A stretch of 64,000 nucleotides of DNA, taken from the NCBI RefSeq assembly GCF_036321535.1, contig NC_087436.1, positions 106,518,001-106,582,000 of the forward strand, in the 5' to 3' direction. The notes below the pieces were generated by a model. That model worked only from the letters and a program-made list of their open reading frames with translations. It made no database searches and was not told where the DNA came from. The position numbers and the translations under genes were made by a program. Numbering within the stretch: position 1 is the stretch's first letter; the number at the start of each line of letters is the position of its first letter. This DNA comes from Camelus dromedarius (lineage: Eukaryota). Shown one piece after another: positions 61,910 through 64,000 of the stretch.

Positions 61910-62390
61910 GAGTGGATTAGTTTGGTTACAAGAATCAGAAACCTAACCTTAGCAAGCTATTGGCAAGAGGGTCATTTATCAACTGACACAATCGTGGCGG
62001 AGTTGAACAACCAAACAAGAGCAAATTGCAGATCCAGGTGAGTCTCAGGAACAATCAGAATCAGGGGTGTGAATGATTAGACCCTCCCTCCAAGTCTCAC
62101 TGCTCTACTGTCTGTATTTCAACTTTATTATTATTTTCATTGTATGTCCTGTTTCTGAAGAGGCATATGGAAAAACAAGATTCACATTTTTAGCTTTGAC
62201 CACAAGAGGGAGACTGTATCACCTTCTGTTGTCCTGAATTTTCAAATATCTCAAGAAGTGCAGGGATTGGTCCAGACTGGGGAAGAGGGAGAGGCTAACA
62301 TAAACATGGCAGCTCCAGTCAGGAGCACATGGATGGAGTAGAGAAGGAGCCGGTTCCAGAACACGAGCTTTCTGGAAAGAAAGGTGATGT
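61910..62390 (-). mobile_element. Old MaLR LTR fragment (MLT1-like)
   Basis: ttggttacaagaatcagaaaccta...gattggtccagactgggg, degenerate. Confidence 0.4.
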
Positions 62391-62661
62391 GATGGAGTCA
62401 CTTAAAATCCATATCTAATCACATCAGTACAGCCTCAGGTCCACTGGAAGCCACACAGTTCTCTCTTCTATCATGAATTCAGAGCAATGACTCTGAAGTT
62501 GCCACCATCCATCTCAGCTTCCATGCGGGGCTGAGGTATATATATTTTTATACGCTATGTCTTCTTAATCCAAGCAGAATACTTCCTCTGGTGCTCTGCT
62601 GAAGAGCAGAGGGAGGCTGGAGCATGAGTCGCTGGCTCTGGACTCACTATCATGAAGATGG

Positions 62662-62680
62662 CACGTGAGTCTCACACGTG
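62662..62680. promoter_or_regulatory. Tandem canonical E-boxes with a 7-bp spacer
   Basis: CACGTG (62662-62667), agtctca, CACGTG (62675-62680). The motifs are seen directly; function is inferred. Confidence 0.4.
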
Positions 62681-63564
62681 CTGCCTTCTTTTTCCCCCAA
62701 GGGTCATTTACCTTGACGTGATCATCATCAAGTGCTCGGACTTGAATCTCCAAGAAAGATGGAACTCCTCTGGTTGTGCCAACCATAACAGGCTTTACAA
62801 AGCTGGGCTGCAAGTCCCAGGAAAGACATCTTCATCTTCTTTTTTTCATTCCTGGGGTGGCACATGCAGAGTTGTAGTTTCATCCGGGCTTGACAAGCTA
62901 ATAAGTCACCTGTGGTCTTCAGTACCCTTAGTAATTAAACAAACCGACTAACTCAATGCTAAAAATGGAAATATTAAAACCCACCCGAGGCTCCTGGGTG
63001 ACTACAAGGGCAATTGAAATGACACAAACAAAAAAGTCCCAGTGCCTCTTTAAAAGCAGTGGGTAAGATTCTAGCTGAGTATTACCAAGATTAGAAATAC
63101 AAGGTATCATAGTTATAAGGGAAGTATTTTGACTGCCTCTAAAGTATAGCACTTTATAAATCAGTAAGTCATTGTTATGTTCCTGGAGAAAGGAGGCTTT
63201 CCAAATAAAATAAAACACCTCAGAACTTAATTGTATTTTTCTTCTAGTAAATAACCTTTTTTTTTTTTTTTTTTTTGCCTACAGATATGGCTGAATGCAA
63301 ATGAAGCAATGTTTTCATATTCATAGTGGATTTTAGACTTAACTGTGACATGAATGTAACCAGGCCAAGGACTATAAAAGGGGATAATATTTACATTTTT
63401 GCCAAGATCTTGTTTTGTTCTCTATCCAAAGTGGAGCGATGGACCCATAACATGGAAAGAAAACAAAACATTCCAGTCGTATAAAACCGGGAGCTCTTTT
63501 CTAGGAGATGAAAATAACCAATGTGTTGTACCAATCTTGCTTGTCGAGAAGTTAACATTTAGAT

Positions 63565-63770
63565 GGCACCTTGCATCCACCAGACAGGATATATACAAGG
63601 CATTTTTAAAATTCTCATGGCAATCCTAAAATCCTAGATTTTATCTATATGCTAGAGATACGAAAACTGAGATTCCATAACATTATTTGACCCACTCAAG
63701 GTCACGGAGATAGTAATAAGAGTGGCCCAGATCTGTCTGATTCTTCTAACCTGCATATTCTCTGCATCAC
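63565..63770 (-). mobile_element. MIR fragment
   Basis: gaaaactgagattc...caaggtcacggagatagtaa...tctgtctgattc. Confidence 0.55.
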
Positions 63771-64000
63771 TCTACTTCTATTTTGTGTTGCTAAACTTGA
63801 TTCAGGAATGAATGAAACATCTTCAGCTCTACTGGGTGCTGTCCTGTCTTCAATCTTCCAAGAGAGAGTATTACAGTTGGGATTTTTTTTTTAATTTCCT
63901 TTCAACTTCACATATTTATGGATGTGTCAATGAGCAGTTTAAGAATGTATCTATCAATATCAAATGTGGTTTTGAGCGGAAACCTTGAAAAAGTTGCAGA

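Noticed and set aside
59..63629. All ORFs in the six-frame track (60-149 aa)
   Set aside because: They are short, often start at non-ATG codons, and are low-complexity or repeat-derived. None resembles a host protein, and I see no consistent exon structure.

Overview
Mammalian genomic DNA, non-coding and rich in repeats. A tRNA-derived SINE of the camelid type and cetartiodactyl-type L1 3' ends suggest a camelid (alpaca, llama or camel). I saw no Alu, BovB/Bov-tA, PRE1 or CHR-2 elements. The first ~170 bp are the end of a + strand 3' UTR with a complete polyadenylation signal; from memory it resembles the end of PBX1 mRNA (tentative). The other ~63.8 kb look like a gene desert. No ORF in the track is a credible host protein-coding gene. 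The desert contains L1, L2 and MIR fragments, SINEs, a Tigger-type MITE, solo LTRs (MER41-like, MER34/LTR39-like, MLT1, MLT2), an ERVL relic with a decayed dUTPase/pol C-terminus, and microsatellites. Several repeat-poor blocks carry transcription-factor motif clusters and are enhancer candidates. I found no convincing novel multi-gene system. Repeat family names come from recalled consensus sequences, and boundaries of old repeats are approximate.
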